A stretch of 64,000 nt of DNA from Acidobacteriota bacterium. Its GTDB lineage: Bacteria > Acidobacteriota > UBA6911 > RPQK01 > JAJDTT01. Below are positions 1 to 10,126 of this stretch, piece after piece. Positions within the stretch are counted from its first letter, which is position 1. Every line of letters begins with the position of its first letter. The position numbers and the translations under genes were made by a program. Where the stretch lies: NCBI GenBank assembly GCA_965263035.1, contig OZ253580.1:5088001-5152000 (forward strand). Reading direction: 5' to 3'. Under the pieces are notes generated by a model, which saw only the letters and a list, made by a program, of their open reading frames with translations, was not told the DNA's origin and ran no database searches.

Positions 1-1685
1 CCTCATTCAACCGATCCCTCCGCCTCGAGACCCGCCCCGAGTTGCTCAGTGCGGACACGGGAGCCCTGGTGCAACGGGAGATGATGGATCGTAGCGGCCT
101 CATCGACTGGTTGACCGGGCGGTTGCACGATCCGCGACACCCGAGTTCGATCCGCTATCCGCTGTCGGATCTGCTGCGGACTCGACTCCTGCTGCTGGGT
201 CAGGGCTGGCGCGACCAGTCCGACGCCGACCGCCTGCGTCAGGATCCGAGCTTGCGGGTGGCGAGCCGGACCCGTCGGGGCACGGCGGCCTTGGAGGAGG
301 GCCAGGGGCTGGCGTCGCAGCCGACCTTGTCCCGACTGCTGGACACGCTCAGCCGGGAGGAGAACCTTCCGGTCCTGCACCAGGCGGTGACGGAGCTGGC
401 GTGCCGTCGGATCGAGATGATCGAAGGCCGGCGGCGAAAACGGAGGGAAAAGACCCCACGGAAGAAGAGACGGAAAAAGACGATGGTCCTGGACGTGGAC
501 GGTCTCCCGGTCGAAGTCCATGGGCATCCCCCGGGAAGCGAATGGAACGGATACTATCGCCAGCGGATGTACCACGGGTTGGTGGCGAGTTGTGCCGAGA
601 CGGGGGACCTGATCGACGGGGAGATTTTTCCGGGAGCCAGCTACCTGGGGAAAAAGGCGCTGAAGTTGACGCTCCGGGTGGTGGACCACTGTCGCGGGCG
701 TCTGTGCGGCTCGATGATCGTGCGGATGGATGCGGGGTTCCCGGAGCCGGGGCTGCTGAAGGGGCTGGAGTCGAGAAGCGTGCCCTATATCGCTCGAATC
801 CGCAAGAATGAGGTCCTGAACCGGATGGCGAAGCCCTACTTGACCCAACCGGCGGGGCGATCCCCGGATGCACCACCGAGGCTCTGGTTCCATGAGCTGA
901 CCTATCAGGCGGAGAGTTGGGATCGGGCGCGCCGGGTGGTGCTGGTGGTGCGGGAGCGACCGGAGGAGTTGTATCCGGATCATTTCTGGTTGCTGACGAG
1001 CCTGAGCCGGAAACGATACCAGGCTCAGGAGTTGCTGGCACAGTATCGAAAGCGGGGGAAGGCGGAAGGGCACATGGGGGAGTTGATGGACGTGCTCGAT
1101 CCGGCCTTGTCCTCCGCGAGCCGGCCCAAGACGCACTATCGGGGCCAACCGCTGAAGTCGGAAGCCAAGCCGGAAGCGAGGACGGAGGCCGGGGTTCGAC
1201 CCCACAACGAAGTCTTGTTCCTGCTGAATCTTCTGGGGTACGAGATCCTGCACCTGGGTCGGGTGCTGATGGAGCAGGCGACGCGTCGGGGCTGGAGTCT
1301 GCGTCGTTTTCGCGAGCGGGTGTTGCGAGTGGCGAGTCGGGCGCTACGTCAGGGGAGGCGATTGATTTTCGTCATCAGTCAAGGGGCGACGGACTGGAAG
1401 GAGTTGTGGCAGAGACTGGCGCGGGTGTCCTGGGCGCCGGGATAGTGGACGGAGGAGGCATCGGGCCCGTGGAAGGGACCGAAACGGTGGGGATTTCTCA
1501 CCGGAAAGTCAACCTGTTGGCGGGTGACGGTCCCCCTGGCCGGAAAACGGTTAATGACTGGTTCAATCGTCCTGTTTTCGAGCCGATTCAGTCGAATCGA
1601 CAGAGGTTCAAGAGAAACCGGGCTCCGACCGCACGAAAACGCCGGGTTGGAAGCCCTTATCAACATGTCCCATGAATAATCTGGG
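1..1685 (+). mobile_element. IS1380-family insertion sequence (left end outside the window)
   Basis: Transposase ORF plus a right terminus ATGAATAATCTGGG (1672-1685) resembling IS1380 ends, followed by AT-rich TTAAT. Confidence 0.8.
42..1445 (+). CDS. IS1380-family DDE transposase (frame open from window start)
   Basis: LSADTG, LHDPR, LASQPTLSRL, LDVD..VHG, RMDAGF and YRKRGKAE motifs. Confidence 0.9.
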   Translation: MLSADTGALVQREMMDRSGLIDWLTGRLHDPRHPSSIRYPLSDLLRTRLLLLGQGWRDQSDADRLRQDPSLRVASRTRRGTAALEEGQGLASQPTLSRLLDTLSREENLPVLHQAVTELACRRIEMIEGRRRKRREKTPRKKRRKKTMVLDVDGLPVEVHGHPPGSEWNGYYRQRMYHGLVASCAETGDLIDGEIFPGASYLGKKALKLTLRVVDHCRGRLCGSMIVRMDAGFPEPGLLKGLESRSVPYIARIRKNEVLNRMAKPYLTQPAGRSPDAPPRLWFHELTYQAESWDRARRVVLVVRERPEELYPDHFWLLTSLSRKRYQAQELLAQYRKRGKAEGHMGELMDVLDPALSSASRPKTHYRGQPLKSEAKPEARTEAGVRPHNEVLFLLNLLGYEILHLGRVLMEQATRRGWSLRRFRERVLRVASRALRQGRRLIFVISQGATDWKELWQRLARVSWAPG

Positions 1686-1732
1686 TTAATTGACAGCACC
1701 TGACCGAGTCAGTAGGTTCCACTTGAGGAAAC

Positions 1733-2029
1733 ATGAGCGTCGATTTGATCAGCGTCCTCGTTGCGATGGCGGCGATTGGCGTCGCTTTGGCGGGGTTGAT
1801 CCTGACCACCAGCCGGGGTCTGCGTCAGGACATGGCCCGAATGGAGAAGCGGCTGGATGGCAGGATCGATGCCTTGGATGGGAGAATCGACGCTCTGGAA
1901 TCTCGAATCGATGAGTTTCAGTTCCGGATGGACCGTCAGATTGCTGCGCTCCGCGAGCGCATGGCGCATTTGGAAGGGATTCTGAAAGGACTTCAAGAAG
2001 CCATCGTCCTACGGTCAGTCGCGGACTAA
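1733..2029 (+). CDS. Small protein with an N-terminal TM helix and a coiled coil
   Basis: GAGGA RBS, hydrophobic N-terminus, LDGRIDA heptad repeats. Confidence 0.7.
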   Translation: MSVDLISVLVAMAAIGVALAGLILTTSRGLRQDMARMEKRLDGRIDALDGRIDALESRIDEFQFRMDRQIAALRERMAHLEGILKGLQEAIVLRSVAD

Positions 2030-2185
2030 CGAGGAAGAGAGGAACTACCCAACCGGGCGGTGTCCGGGGCAATCATGGGAGAAATAGAGCATCGGGTTAT
2101 TCTGGCGCAGTTGTCCGCTATACGATCATTTCCTTCTCTCTTTCCTCTTTCCTCAGGACTCGTGCCGGGAAAAGAGACGAAATAG

Positions 2186-3478
2186 ATGTGGGTTCGGATC
2201 TGTTTCCCGGTTCTCCTTTTGTTGTTGCTGGCTTCCACCCTTGGGGCGGTGCAGTCGCCGCCCGACCCTGACTTCAATCGAGATATCCTGCCCATCTTCC
2301 AGCGCGAGTGTGTGGGTTGCCACAGCTCGGCCCTCAAGCTGGGCGGATTGGTCCTGGAGAACTATCAGGACCTGATGAAGGGGGGAGAGCAGGGAACCCC
2401 TCTGGTGCCGGGTCACGCCGATCAGAGCCTGCTGGTGAGGATGCTGGAGGGAACGGCTGAGCCCAGAATGCCCCTCAACGGCCAGCTTCCGGCCGAACAG
2501 ATCCAACTGGTAAGAGCCTGGATCGACGCCAGCGCCCGGCCTCCGGTCACCCTGGCGACCGCCGACCATGAGGTTCCCATCCCGGATATCCGTCCCCGAG
2601 TCCACGTGGAGCCCCCGCTGGCGGCCCTGGCTTTCCATCCCCGGGAGAAGTGGCTGGCACGGGGAGGTTTCCGGCGGGTCGAGCTTCTGGACTTGACGGA
2701 GAATCGGACGATTCACAGCCTCGAAGGCCCTCCGGACCTGGTGCGGAGCCTCAGCTTCAGCCCCGACGGAAAGCTGCTGGCGGCAGGAGGTGGGGCTCCC
2801 GCCCGGCAAGGGGAAATTCGGGTCTGGAGTCTGAGCGAGGCTGTGCTCCAGATCGAGCTGAAGGGCCATTCCGACTGTGTCTATGCGTTGGATTTCAGTC
2901 CCGACAATCGGCTTCTGGCCAGCTCCAGTTATGATCGGCTGATCCAGTTGTGGGACGTCGAAACCGGGACCAGTCTCGGCACCCTGGAGGAACACAACGG
3001 CCCCGTCTATTCCATCGCTTTCCTGCCTTCGGGAAACGAACTCGTATCCGCTTCGGCGGATGGCACGGTGAAGGTCTGGGATGTCGTCTCGCGCCGGCGC
3101 CTCGTCACCCTGACCGGAGGCGAGGGTCCCCTCTACGGCGTGGCCGTCCATCCGGAAGGCGGCCAGTTTGCCACCGCGGGTGGCGACGGGACCATCCGGG
3201 TCTGGAACCGGGAAGGGGACGAGTGGCAGGTGAAACGCTCCGTCGTGGCGCATCGGAGCGGGACGGAGCACATCGTCTACTCCAGGGACGGCCGGAGGAT
3301 CGTGACCGGCGGAACCGATCGGGTGGTCAAGATCTGGGATTCGACCCCTCTGTCGCGCGTCGGGGCTTGGGATCCTGAGCCCGACTCCATCCTGGCTCTG
3401 GCCCTGTCCGCCGACGGAAGCCTCGCCCTGGGACGTTATGATGGAGCCCTGAAACTCGTGGCCAACGCTGTGGAATAG
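2186..3478 (+). CDS. Planctomycete-type cytochrome c domain plus WD40 repeats, secreted
   Basis: Signal peptide, DFNRDILPIF..CVGCH, PGHADQSLL..RMP, multiple GH...WD repeats. Confidence 0.9.
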   Translation: MWVRICFPVLLLLLLASTLGAVQSPPDPDFNRDILPIFQRECVGCHSSALKLGGLVLENYQDLMKGGEQGTPLVPGHADQSLLVRMLEGTAEPRMPLNGQLPAEQIQLVRAWIDASARPPVTLATADHEVPIPDIRPRVHVEPPLAALAFHPREKWLARGGFRRVELLDLTENRTIHSLEGPPDLVRSLSFSPDGKLLAAGGGAPARQGEIRVWSLSEAVLQIELKGHSDCVYALDFSPDNRLLASSSYDRLIQLWDVETGTSLGTLEEHNGPVYSIAFLPSGNELVSASADGTVKVWDVVSRRRLVTLTGGEGPLYGVAVHPEGGQFATAGGDGTIRVWNREGDEWQVKRSVVAHRSGTEHIVYSRDGRRIVTGGTDRVVKIWDSTPLSRVGAWDPEPDSILALALSADGSLALGRYDGALKLVANAVE

Positions 3479-3504
3479 CGGGACATCCTGGCAGCCGCCA
3501 CCTC

Positions 3505-3665
3505 GGAGCCTGCGCGGCAGAAATTGATCTACTGCGAAAGCGGTAGAATCGGTCCATATTTCCTCGATTTCTCGGCGAATAGAACGACTATGCACCTCCA
3601 AATCGAGAAAATCTGGCCTCGATTTCCCACTTTCTCGCTACGATCATTTCTACCGCGCAGACTCC
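3505..3665. mobile_element. MITE family A, copy 1 (161 bp)
   Basis: Terminal inverted repeats GGAGCCTGCGCGGCAGAAAT / ATTTCTACCGCGCAGACTCC; near-identical reverse-complement copy at 9928-10088. Confidence 0.85.
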
Positions 3666-3674
3666 TAGCGACGC

Positions 3675-5003
3675 ATGAACCGGCAGCCGGACGCGGGCGC
3701 CGGAGGGAGTGACCTGACCGTGGGCATGGATTTGTCGGCGTTCGGACGGCGGCTGTTGGGCGACTCGGGGACCTGGTCGCTGATGGACGACCTCGGCGGA
3801 ATTGCTGCGTCCGGCGGCTCGATCATGAATCTTGGAGGAGGCAATCCCAGCCTCGTCCCAGCCGCCGTAGCCCGGTTTCGCCGCCGCATGCAGGCACTGC
3901 TGGAGCGCGAAGGGGCGTTCGAGCAGGCGATCGGCTTCTACGGCGGGCCGGAGGGAGACCGGGATTTCGCCCGCGCGCTGGCCCGATTCCTGCGGAGAGA
4001 GGTCGGCTGGGAGATCAGTGAGCGCAACATCGCCCTGACCAACGGGAGCCAATCCGCCTTCCTGCCCCTGTTCAATCTCCTGGCCGGCCCGATGGAGGCC
4101 GGCCGGCCGATGCGCAGGATCCTGCTGCCGTTGGCGCCGGAGTACATCGGATACGCGGACCTGGGCCTCACGCCCGGTCTCTTGACCGCACGCCGTTCGA
4201 CCATCCATGAGCTGGACGACAAGCTCTTCAAATACGGGGTGGACTTCGAAGGACTGGACGGTGTCGAGGACATCGGAGCGATCTGCGTGTCCCGTCCGTC
4301 CAACCCGACCGGGAACGTGGTCACCGACATGGAGGTCGACCGGCTCCGCGCCGCCGCCCGTTCCCGCGGTGTGCCCCTCATCCTGGACACCGCCTACGGA
4401 TCGCCGTTCCCGGGCATCGTCTTCGGTCAGGAGACCCCCGTGTGGGACGAGCAGATGGTCGTCTGCATGAGTCTGTCGAAACTCGGACTTCCCGGATTGC
4501 GCACAGGCATCGTGATTGCGAGCGAGGAGATCGTCGCGGCGCTGGCCGCCGCCACGGCCATCTTCTGCCTGTCTCCGGGGCGGCTCGGACCCGCCCTCGC
4601 CACCGATCTCATCGAGAGCGGCGAGGTGCTGGCGCTCGTCCGGGAGATCATCCGGCCCCACTATGCGGTGCGCGCGGAGCGCGCCGTGGACCGGCTCCGC
4701 ACCGGGCTGGAGGACTACCCCATCCGGATCCACAAACCGGAGGGCGCATTCTTCCTCTGGCTCTGGATGCCGGGTCTCCCGATGGCCAACGCCGCGCTCT
4801 ACAAACAGCTCAAAGCGCGCGGCGTCATCGTCGTGTCGGGCCACTACTTCTTTCCGGGGCTCGAGGACGACGACTGGCCGCACAAACGGGAATGTATCCG
4901 CATCAGTTATGCCGACGACTGGGACCGAATCGAACGCGGGCTCGACATCATTGTGGAGGAAGTGCGCCGGGCATACGACGGATCGCCGCCGGCCTCCCCA
5001 TGA
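3675..5003 (+). CDS. avtA: Valine--pyruvate aminotransferase
   Basis: LMDDL, NLGGGNP, IALTNGSQSAF, LAPEYIGY, SRPSNPTGNV, SLSKLGLPG.R motifs. Confidence 0.9.
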   Translation: MNRQPDAGAGGSDLTVGMDLSAFGRRLLGDSGTWSLMDDLGGIAASGGSIMNLGGGNPSLVPAAVARFRRRMQALLEREGAFEQAIGFYGGPEGDRDFARALARFLRREVGWEISERNIALTNGSQSAFLPLFNLLAGPMEAGRPMRRILLPLAPEYIGYADLGLTPGLLTARRSTIHELDDKLFKYGVDFEGLDGVEDIGAICVSRPSNPTGNVVTDMEVDRLRAAARSRGVPLILDTAYGSPFPGIVFGQETPVWDEQMVVCMSLSKLGLPGLRTGIVIASEEIVAALAAATAIFCLSPGRLGPALATDLIESGEVLALVREIIRPHYAVRAERAVDRLRTGLEDYPIRIHKPEGAFFLWLWMPGLPMANAALYKQLKARGVIVVSGHYFFPGLEDDDWPHKRECIRISYADDWDRIERGLDIIVEEVRRAYDGSPPASP

Positions 5004-5098
5004 AGCTCATCGGCCTCATAGTCCACCCGCTTTGAAAATCATTCTGACGGCGGGGACCATCTCTGTTATCCTTCTGTCGAGCCGATAGAGCTTTAATC

Positions 5099-6109
5099 AT
5101 GGCTGATCAAATTTTCGAAATGCCCGAGTTTCGTCCTCCGCGGATCTCGTGGAGGCACGTCCGACTGGCCCTTCTGGTCATTTCGGTGGTGGTTCTGGCC
5201 TTTGGGACCGTCTATCAGGTGCAGCCGGAAGAAGTCGGAGTGGTCCTGTTTTTCGGGAAGCACGTTCGGACCACCCAGCCGGGACTTCGCTTCAAGCTCC
5301 CCTTTGTGGAAGACGTTCTGAAGGTCCCGGTGCAGCGCCAGCTCAAGCAGGAATTCGGGTTTCGGACCACCCAGCCGGAGATCCGGACCCGCTATGCATC
5401 CAAGCGTTTCCTTGATGAGTCGTTGATGCTCACCGGGGATCTGAACGTGGCGGTGGTGGAGTGGATCGTCCAGTACCGGATCACCGATCCATTCCTTTTT
5501 CTCTTCAGGGTCCGGAACGTTCAGGAGACGTTTCGTGACATGAACGAAGCGGTGATGCGCGAGGTGGTCGGGGATCGGACCGTCACCGAGGTCTTGACCG
5601 TTGGCCGCCAGGAAATCGAGGACATCGCGGAACAAAAGCTGCAGGAACTCTGCAGGCAGTATGAGACCGGCATCACGGTGGACCAGGTCGTGTTGCAGAA
5701 CGTGAACCCGCCCGATCCCGTCAAGCCGTCGTGGGACGAAGTGAACCAGGCTCAGCAACAGATGGACCGCCTCATCAACGAGGCTCGCGCCGAGTACAAC
5801 AAGGTGATCCCTCGGGCCAAGGGTGAAGCGGAACAGGCTGTCCTGCAGTCTCAGGGTTACGCACTCGAGCGCGTCAACGAGGCCAAGGGGGATGCCTCCC
5901 GCTTCAAGTCTTTGCACGATGCCTACCGCCGGGCGCCTGAGGTCACCAGGCGACGGATGTACCTGGAAACCATGCAGAAGATCCTGCCTCGTTCGGGCCG
6001 CAAACTATTTCTGGACGAGGATGCCGACGGCGTCATTCCGCTGCTGCCCATGGATTCTCTGGAGAAGATGATTTCGGGTCGTTCACAAGCGGAGGGATCG
6101 GGCCAATGA
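5099..6109 (+). CDS. hflK: FtsH protease modulator HflK
   Basis: SPFH domain, MLTGDLN, APEVTRRRMYLETM. Confidence 0.92.
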   Translation: MADQIFEMPEFRPPRISWRHVRLALLVISVVVLAFGTVYQVQPEEVGVVLFFGKHVRTTQPGLRFKLPFVEDVLKVPVQRQLKQEFGFRTTQPEIRTRYASKRFLDESLMLTGDLNVAVVEWIVQYRITDPFLFLFRVRNVQETFRDMNEAVMREVVGDRTVTEVLTVGRQEIEDIAEQKLQELCRQYETGITVDQVVLQNVNPPDPVKPSWDEVNQAQQQMDRLINEARAEYNKVIPRAKGEAEQAVLQSQGYALERVNEAKGDASRFKSLHDAYRRAPEVTRRRMYLETMQKILPRSGRKLFLDEDADGVIPLLPMDSLEKMISGRSQAEGSGQ

Positions 6110-7035
6110 AGCGCCGACATCTGTATCTACTCCTGGGTGCGGCCATCCTGGCCCTGGTGGTGGACGGCACCTACGTCACGAACGAAGCTGAGCAGGTCAT
6201 CATCACCCAGTTGGGTAGACCGGTCGGAGAGCCGGTCACCGATCCGGGTCTTCACCTGAAACTTCCCTTCATCCAGAAGGCCAACTATTTCGACAAGCGA
6301 TTCCTGGAGTGGGACGGCGACGCGGACCAGATGCCGACCAAGGACAAGCGATTCATCTGGGTGGACACCTACGCCAGGTGGCGCATCAGCGATCCTCTCC
6401 GGTTCCTGGAGAGGATGCGGGACGAACCCAGGGCCCAGTCCCGGCTGGACGATATTCTGGACGGCGAGACACGCAATGCCATCGCTCGCCACGAATTGGT
6501 GGAGGTGGTCCGAACCAGCAACCGGCAGCCCCAGGAACCCCAGGAGTCAGCCGAGGAGGAGACCTCGGTGCTCGCGAACATCGAGACCGGGCGCCAAGCA
6601 ATTACCCGGGCAATCCTGGAGACGGCCACTCCCAAGGTAGCCGACTTCGGGATCGAGCTCATCGATCTTCAGCTCAAGCGGATCAACTATGTGGAAGAGG
6701 TTCGGAAGGACGTCTTCGCCCGCATGATCGCCGAGCGCAACCGAATCGCGGAGCGCTACCGCTCGGAGGGTCAGGGCCAAGCCGCCCGGATCCGGGGCGA
6801 GCGGGAGAGGGAACTGCAGCGGATTCAGTCGGAAGCGTACAAGACCGCTCAGGAGACCCGAGGCAGGGCGGACGGAGAGGCCACTCAGATCTACGCCGAA
6901 GCGTACAACCGGGATGCCTCCTTTTACGCCTTCATGAAGAGCATGGAGACGTACGAGCGGGGCGTCGACTCCAAGACGATCTTGATCCTCACCACCAAGG
7001 GCGAGTTGCTCAGGCACATGCAACGTGCCCAATAG
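6106..7035 (+). CDS. hflC: FtsH protease modulator HflC
   Basis: PGLHLKLPF, RMIAER, FYAFMKSMETY; ATGA overlap with hflK. Confidence 0.92.
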   Translation: MKRRHLYLLLGAAILALVVDGTYVTNEAEQVIITQLGRPVGEPVTDPGLHLKLPFIQKANYFDKRFLEWDGDADQMPTKDKRFIWVDTYARWRISDPLRFLERMRDEPRAQSRLDDILDGETRNAIARHELVEVVRTSNRQPQEPQESAEEETSVLANIETGRQAITRAILETATPKVADFGIELIDLQLKRINYVEEVRKDVFARMIAERNRIAERYRSEGQGQAARIRGERERELQRIQSEAYKTAQETRGRADGEATQIYAEAYNRDASFYAFMKSMETYERGVDSKTILILTTKGELLRHMQRAQ

Positions 7036-7054
7036 GCGGAACCCCAACCCACAT

Positions 7055-7220
7055 TAACAGCCCGTGGCAAAAGTCGTCACGGCATTCGACCGTCCCTGCA
7101 TCGTGCGCGGACTGCGTTGCTATCGGCTCACATACTCCCGGTATGCTCCCTCCGTTGCGCCTGGTCCGGCGGGCGCAGGAACGGTTTCGGTGCTCGCGGG
7201 ACTTTCTCCACGGACTGTTA
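7055..7220. mobile_element. MITE family B, copy 1
   Basis: Terminal inverted repeats TAACAGCCCGTGGCAAAAGTC / GACTTTCTCCACGGACTGTTA; reverse-complement homolog at 63795-63958. Confidence 0.85.
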
Positions 7221-8675
7221 ATCATCGAATCGCCAGGCCGGAACCGGTTTTCCCGAGGAGTGGACCTCCTCGAGATAGGCCCCGGATTGGGGAGCCGGTC
7301 CCAACTGACGCACGATCTCTCCGTACTCCAGAATCCGGGTCACCATGACGTTGTGCCAGCGCCCGTCCCGCAGTCTCAGATTCAATGCCATGGGATGATC
7401 CACGTTCCAATTGGAGCCTCCGGGAGGAGTACCGAATTCGCTCCGGCAGTCGCGGGCGATGATGGGCGTCTCCAGGCCCGTTCGGTCCGCGCGCAGAGGC
7501 CACAGTGCCAGAGCTTCGCGCGACCAACCGCCGCCTCGTGGATTCCCCCGGCGGTCCCGGGGGAGGCGGTAGGTGTGGGGCCAGGGATGCATCTGAACCT
7601 GGTAGATGTTGGACGCCACGTAGAGACTGCCGTCGGTGGCCCGGTTCAGGCAGATGGGTGTGCTGCCCACGATCCCACGGACGTGGATGATCTTGTTCCA
7701 ACGCTGGCCCTGATCTCGGGAACGCCAGATGCGCACGTCGTTGTAATCCGGCTCCTTGCCGCCGCGCACGCAGAAGAGAAGGGAACCGTCCAGGTCGCGC
7801 GCCACGCTGGGTTCGAAGGAGTTGTCCCCTCCGGTCACGGGAATGATGTCCGCCGCTTCCCATCGTCCGTTCCGATGCTTCCAGCGCACCAGCACCGCTC
7901 CGGTGGGTTCTGACGGTACGGTACCGGAGGGAGGCAGAGGCGCCGCCACCATTCCCAGGATCAGGTCGTCTCCGTCTGGGATGGCCGGGCTCAGGCCGCG
8001 GTTCGTGACCCGCCAGCCGGAAATGAGTTCGGTTTGCCCCACTTTGCGGGTCTCCGCCACCCGGAACGCCTCGCCGTCGAACGCGTATTGTTGAACCTCG
8101 AAATAACTGTATTTCTCATCTCCCTCGAAGGGTTCGACCCCCCGAGGATTGTCGAAGCGCCAGACCTCGCCCCCGGACGGATCAGACTCGGCGGCCGGCC
8201 AGCCGATGGCGCTGGCCACGCCGAACCCGGTCCCGCCCTGTTCGTATTCGGACCCGTCCACCCGCCTTGCCCCCAGGGGAAAGAACCCGCCCTGGACCGG
8301 ATACTTGACCATGACGGCCGGTTTTCCGGGGGGGTGGGAGTTGGGATTGGGTTCGAGGTGATTTCGAGAGAGGACGACGGCCCGGGAGGCTCGGACGTCA
8401 GAGAGGTCGTCGAACAGGACCCCGTCGGTGCCGATCTCGAAATCGACTCCGGGACCATATTCTCGGCGGATGCCACAAAAAAGAATCGCTTGGCGAGGGC
8501 CGATTTGGTAGGTGGCGCCCAATCCGTATCGCCAAGTGGCATCGACAGGCTGGCTCGGCGGCACCTGAATGTCGGGGCCGCCCCGAGTGATGCTGATGAT
8601 GCCGGCCGCAGAAACCGGGACGGCCGCCATCATTCCGGAACAAAGACACAGTAGAACCGCAGTCTTTCTGCTCAT
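7218..8675 (-). CDS. Secreted BNR/Asp-box (sialidase-like) protein
   Basis: Signal peptide from MSRKTAVLL; FEPS, SRDQGQRW Asp-box. Confidence 0.65.
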   Translation of the reverse strand: MSRKTAVLLCLCSGMMAAVPVSAAGIISITRGGPDIQVPPSQPVDATWRYGLGATYQIGPRQAILFCGIRREYGPGVDFEIGTDGVLFDDLSDVRASRAVVLSRNHLEPNPNSHPPGKPAVMVKYPVQGGFFPLGARRVDGSEYEQGGTGFGVASAIGWPAAESDPSGGEVWRFDNPRGVEPFEGDEKYSYFEVQQYAFDGEAFRVAETRKVGQTELISGWRVTNRGLSPAIPDGDDLILGMVAAPLPPSGTVPSEPTGAVLVRWKHRNGRWEAADIIPVTGGDNSFEPSVARDLDGSLLFCVRGGKEPDYNDVRIWRSRDQGQRWNKIIHVRGIVGSTPICLNRATDGSLYVASNIYQVQMHPWPHTYRLPRDRRGNPRGGGWSREALALWPLRADRTGLETPIIARDCRSEFGTPPGGSNWNVDHPMALNLRLRDGRWHNVMVTRILEYGEIVRQLGPAPQSGAYLEEVHSSGKPVPAWRFDD

Positions 8676-8694
8676 TGCCGTCCTTCCTCTCCGT

Positions 8695-9870
8695 TCAGAA
8701 ATTTCGCTGCCTTTGCGGGGTTTCACTCCGGCCAAGGCCCGCCCAGTGGATGCGCGCGCTCCCGTGGTCGTACCTCCGGTAGTGATCCGCCAGGACGTCG
8801 AAGCCGAAGTCGTTCTCGTAGTCCCGCCAGACCGAATGACTGTGGTTGCTCAGGTTCTGGGTGTTGTCGTATTCGATGAGGAAGGTGGGCGCCTGGACGC
8901 GGTAGTAATTGCCCCTGGCCTCCCGGTTCCCGGTGGTCCTGCCGCCGATGGGAACGGCCTTGGGTTGGGGCCGGTCGATTTGCCCCGCCCAGGCGAAGTA
9001 GAGCTGATCCCGGGGCGTCTCCCGAGCGGTTTTCAGGCGGCGGGCCGCCACTTCCTGGGGCATGTTGCCGGCGTATTCACCGATGAGCTCCAGCAGGCTC
9101 TCATATTGAGACGGAGTCATCTTCGACGCCGGCAGCCCCTGGGGAGGGCCCTCCAGTTTGGCCCGGCGGTCCGCCATGGTCAGGATGTCCTCGGGCGCCG
9201 CTTCCTGGTAGATGGCCTGCCCCTGCCGCTCCGGATCCAGGCTCTTGAGCAAGGCGACCGCCAGATCCTCCTCCCTTTCCAGGACTCTCATCCCCTTGTG
9301 GGCTCCCTGGGCCACTTCATGGGGATTGGCTCCGAAGAAGGTGGGACTGGATGAGATGAGCTTGCCGTCCTGGAGGGTGTAGTGCACCGAGAGGTGGTGG
9401 CCCTCCACCCGCCAGCCCCAATTGCCCTTGTCCCCAGGGGTTCCGAAGATTGAGAAATGAAACCTCTCGGCGTCCCGGTGGCCCGTGTGATCGTCCTCGA
9501 TGGCTCGGATGATCTCTTCCATGCTCATGACCCGAGTCGCCTTGGCGAAACCGCTGCGGCTCAATCCCGAAGCCAGCAGGGCGCTGGCCAAGTGTTTCTG
9601 CATGGGGTTCATCTGTTTGAAGGTGATGCCGTTGCGGACATAGCCGTATATCCCAGTGAATCCCCCTTCGGGAAAGTAGTGCCAGTCGGCCCGGTGATCG
9701 GAATCGAACGGGAAGAGGGTGTAGGACCTCTGGACCCGATCCAGGGACTGGGACAGGACCTGGGCGGCGTCACGCATGAGCGCTTCGGTCGTCGGCGTTC
9801 CGTGGTTGGCCACCAGGGCGGCGCCGGAGAACAACAGAGCCGCCAACCAGATTCGCAAGTGATTTCTCAT
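8695..9870 (-). CDS. DUF3500-family protein
   Basis: WHYFP, FGTP..WGWRVEGHHLS, PTFFGANP, IEYDNTQ..NHSHSVWRD. Confidence 0.85.
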   Translation of the reverse strand: MRNHLRIWLAALLFSGAALVANHGTPTTEALMRDAAQVLSQSLDRVQRSYTLFPFDSDHRADWHYFPEGGFTGIYGYVRNGITFKQMNPMQKHLASALLASGLSRSGFAKATRVMSMEEIIRAIEDDHTGHRDAERFHFSIFGTPGDKGNWGWRVEGHHLSVHYTLQDGKLISSSPTFFGANPHEVAQGAHKGMRVLEREEDLAVALLKSLDPERQGQAIYQEAAPEDILTMADRRAKLEGPPQGLPASKMTPSQYESLLELIGEYAGNMPQEVAARRLKTARETPRDQLYFAWAGQIDRPQPKAVPIGGRTTGNREARGNYYRVQAPTFLIEYDNTQNLSNHSHSVWRDYENDFGFDVLADHYRRYDHGSARIHWAGLGRSETPQRQRNF

Positions 9871-9927
9871 GGTATTCCTCTCTCTGGGATCAGGTCCGGA
9901 TGTCGACGAATTGGACCCGGATAGTTA

Positions 9928-10088
9928 GGAGTCTGCGCGGTAGAAATGATCGTAGCGAGAAAGCGGGGAATCGAGGCCAGATTTTCTCGATTTGGAGGTG
10001 CATAGTTGTTCTATTCGCCGACAAATCGGGGAAATATGGACCGATTCTACCGCTTTCGCAGTAGATCAATTTCTGCCGCGCAGGCTCC
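9928..10088. mobile_element. MITE family A, copy 2
   Basis: Reverse complement of 3505-3665; TA on both flanks. Confidence 0.85.
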
Positions 10089-10126
10089 TAGCTCAGTCTA
10101 CCAGAGTCCCGCCCCTCCGACCCGCG

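Noticed and set aside
425-482. K/R-rich insert in the first IS1380 transposase
   Set aside because: Likely a short local duplication in a variable loop, with no evidence of function.
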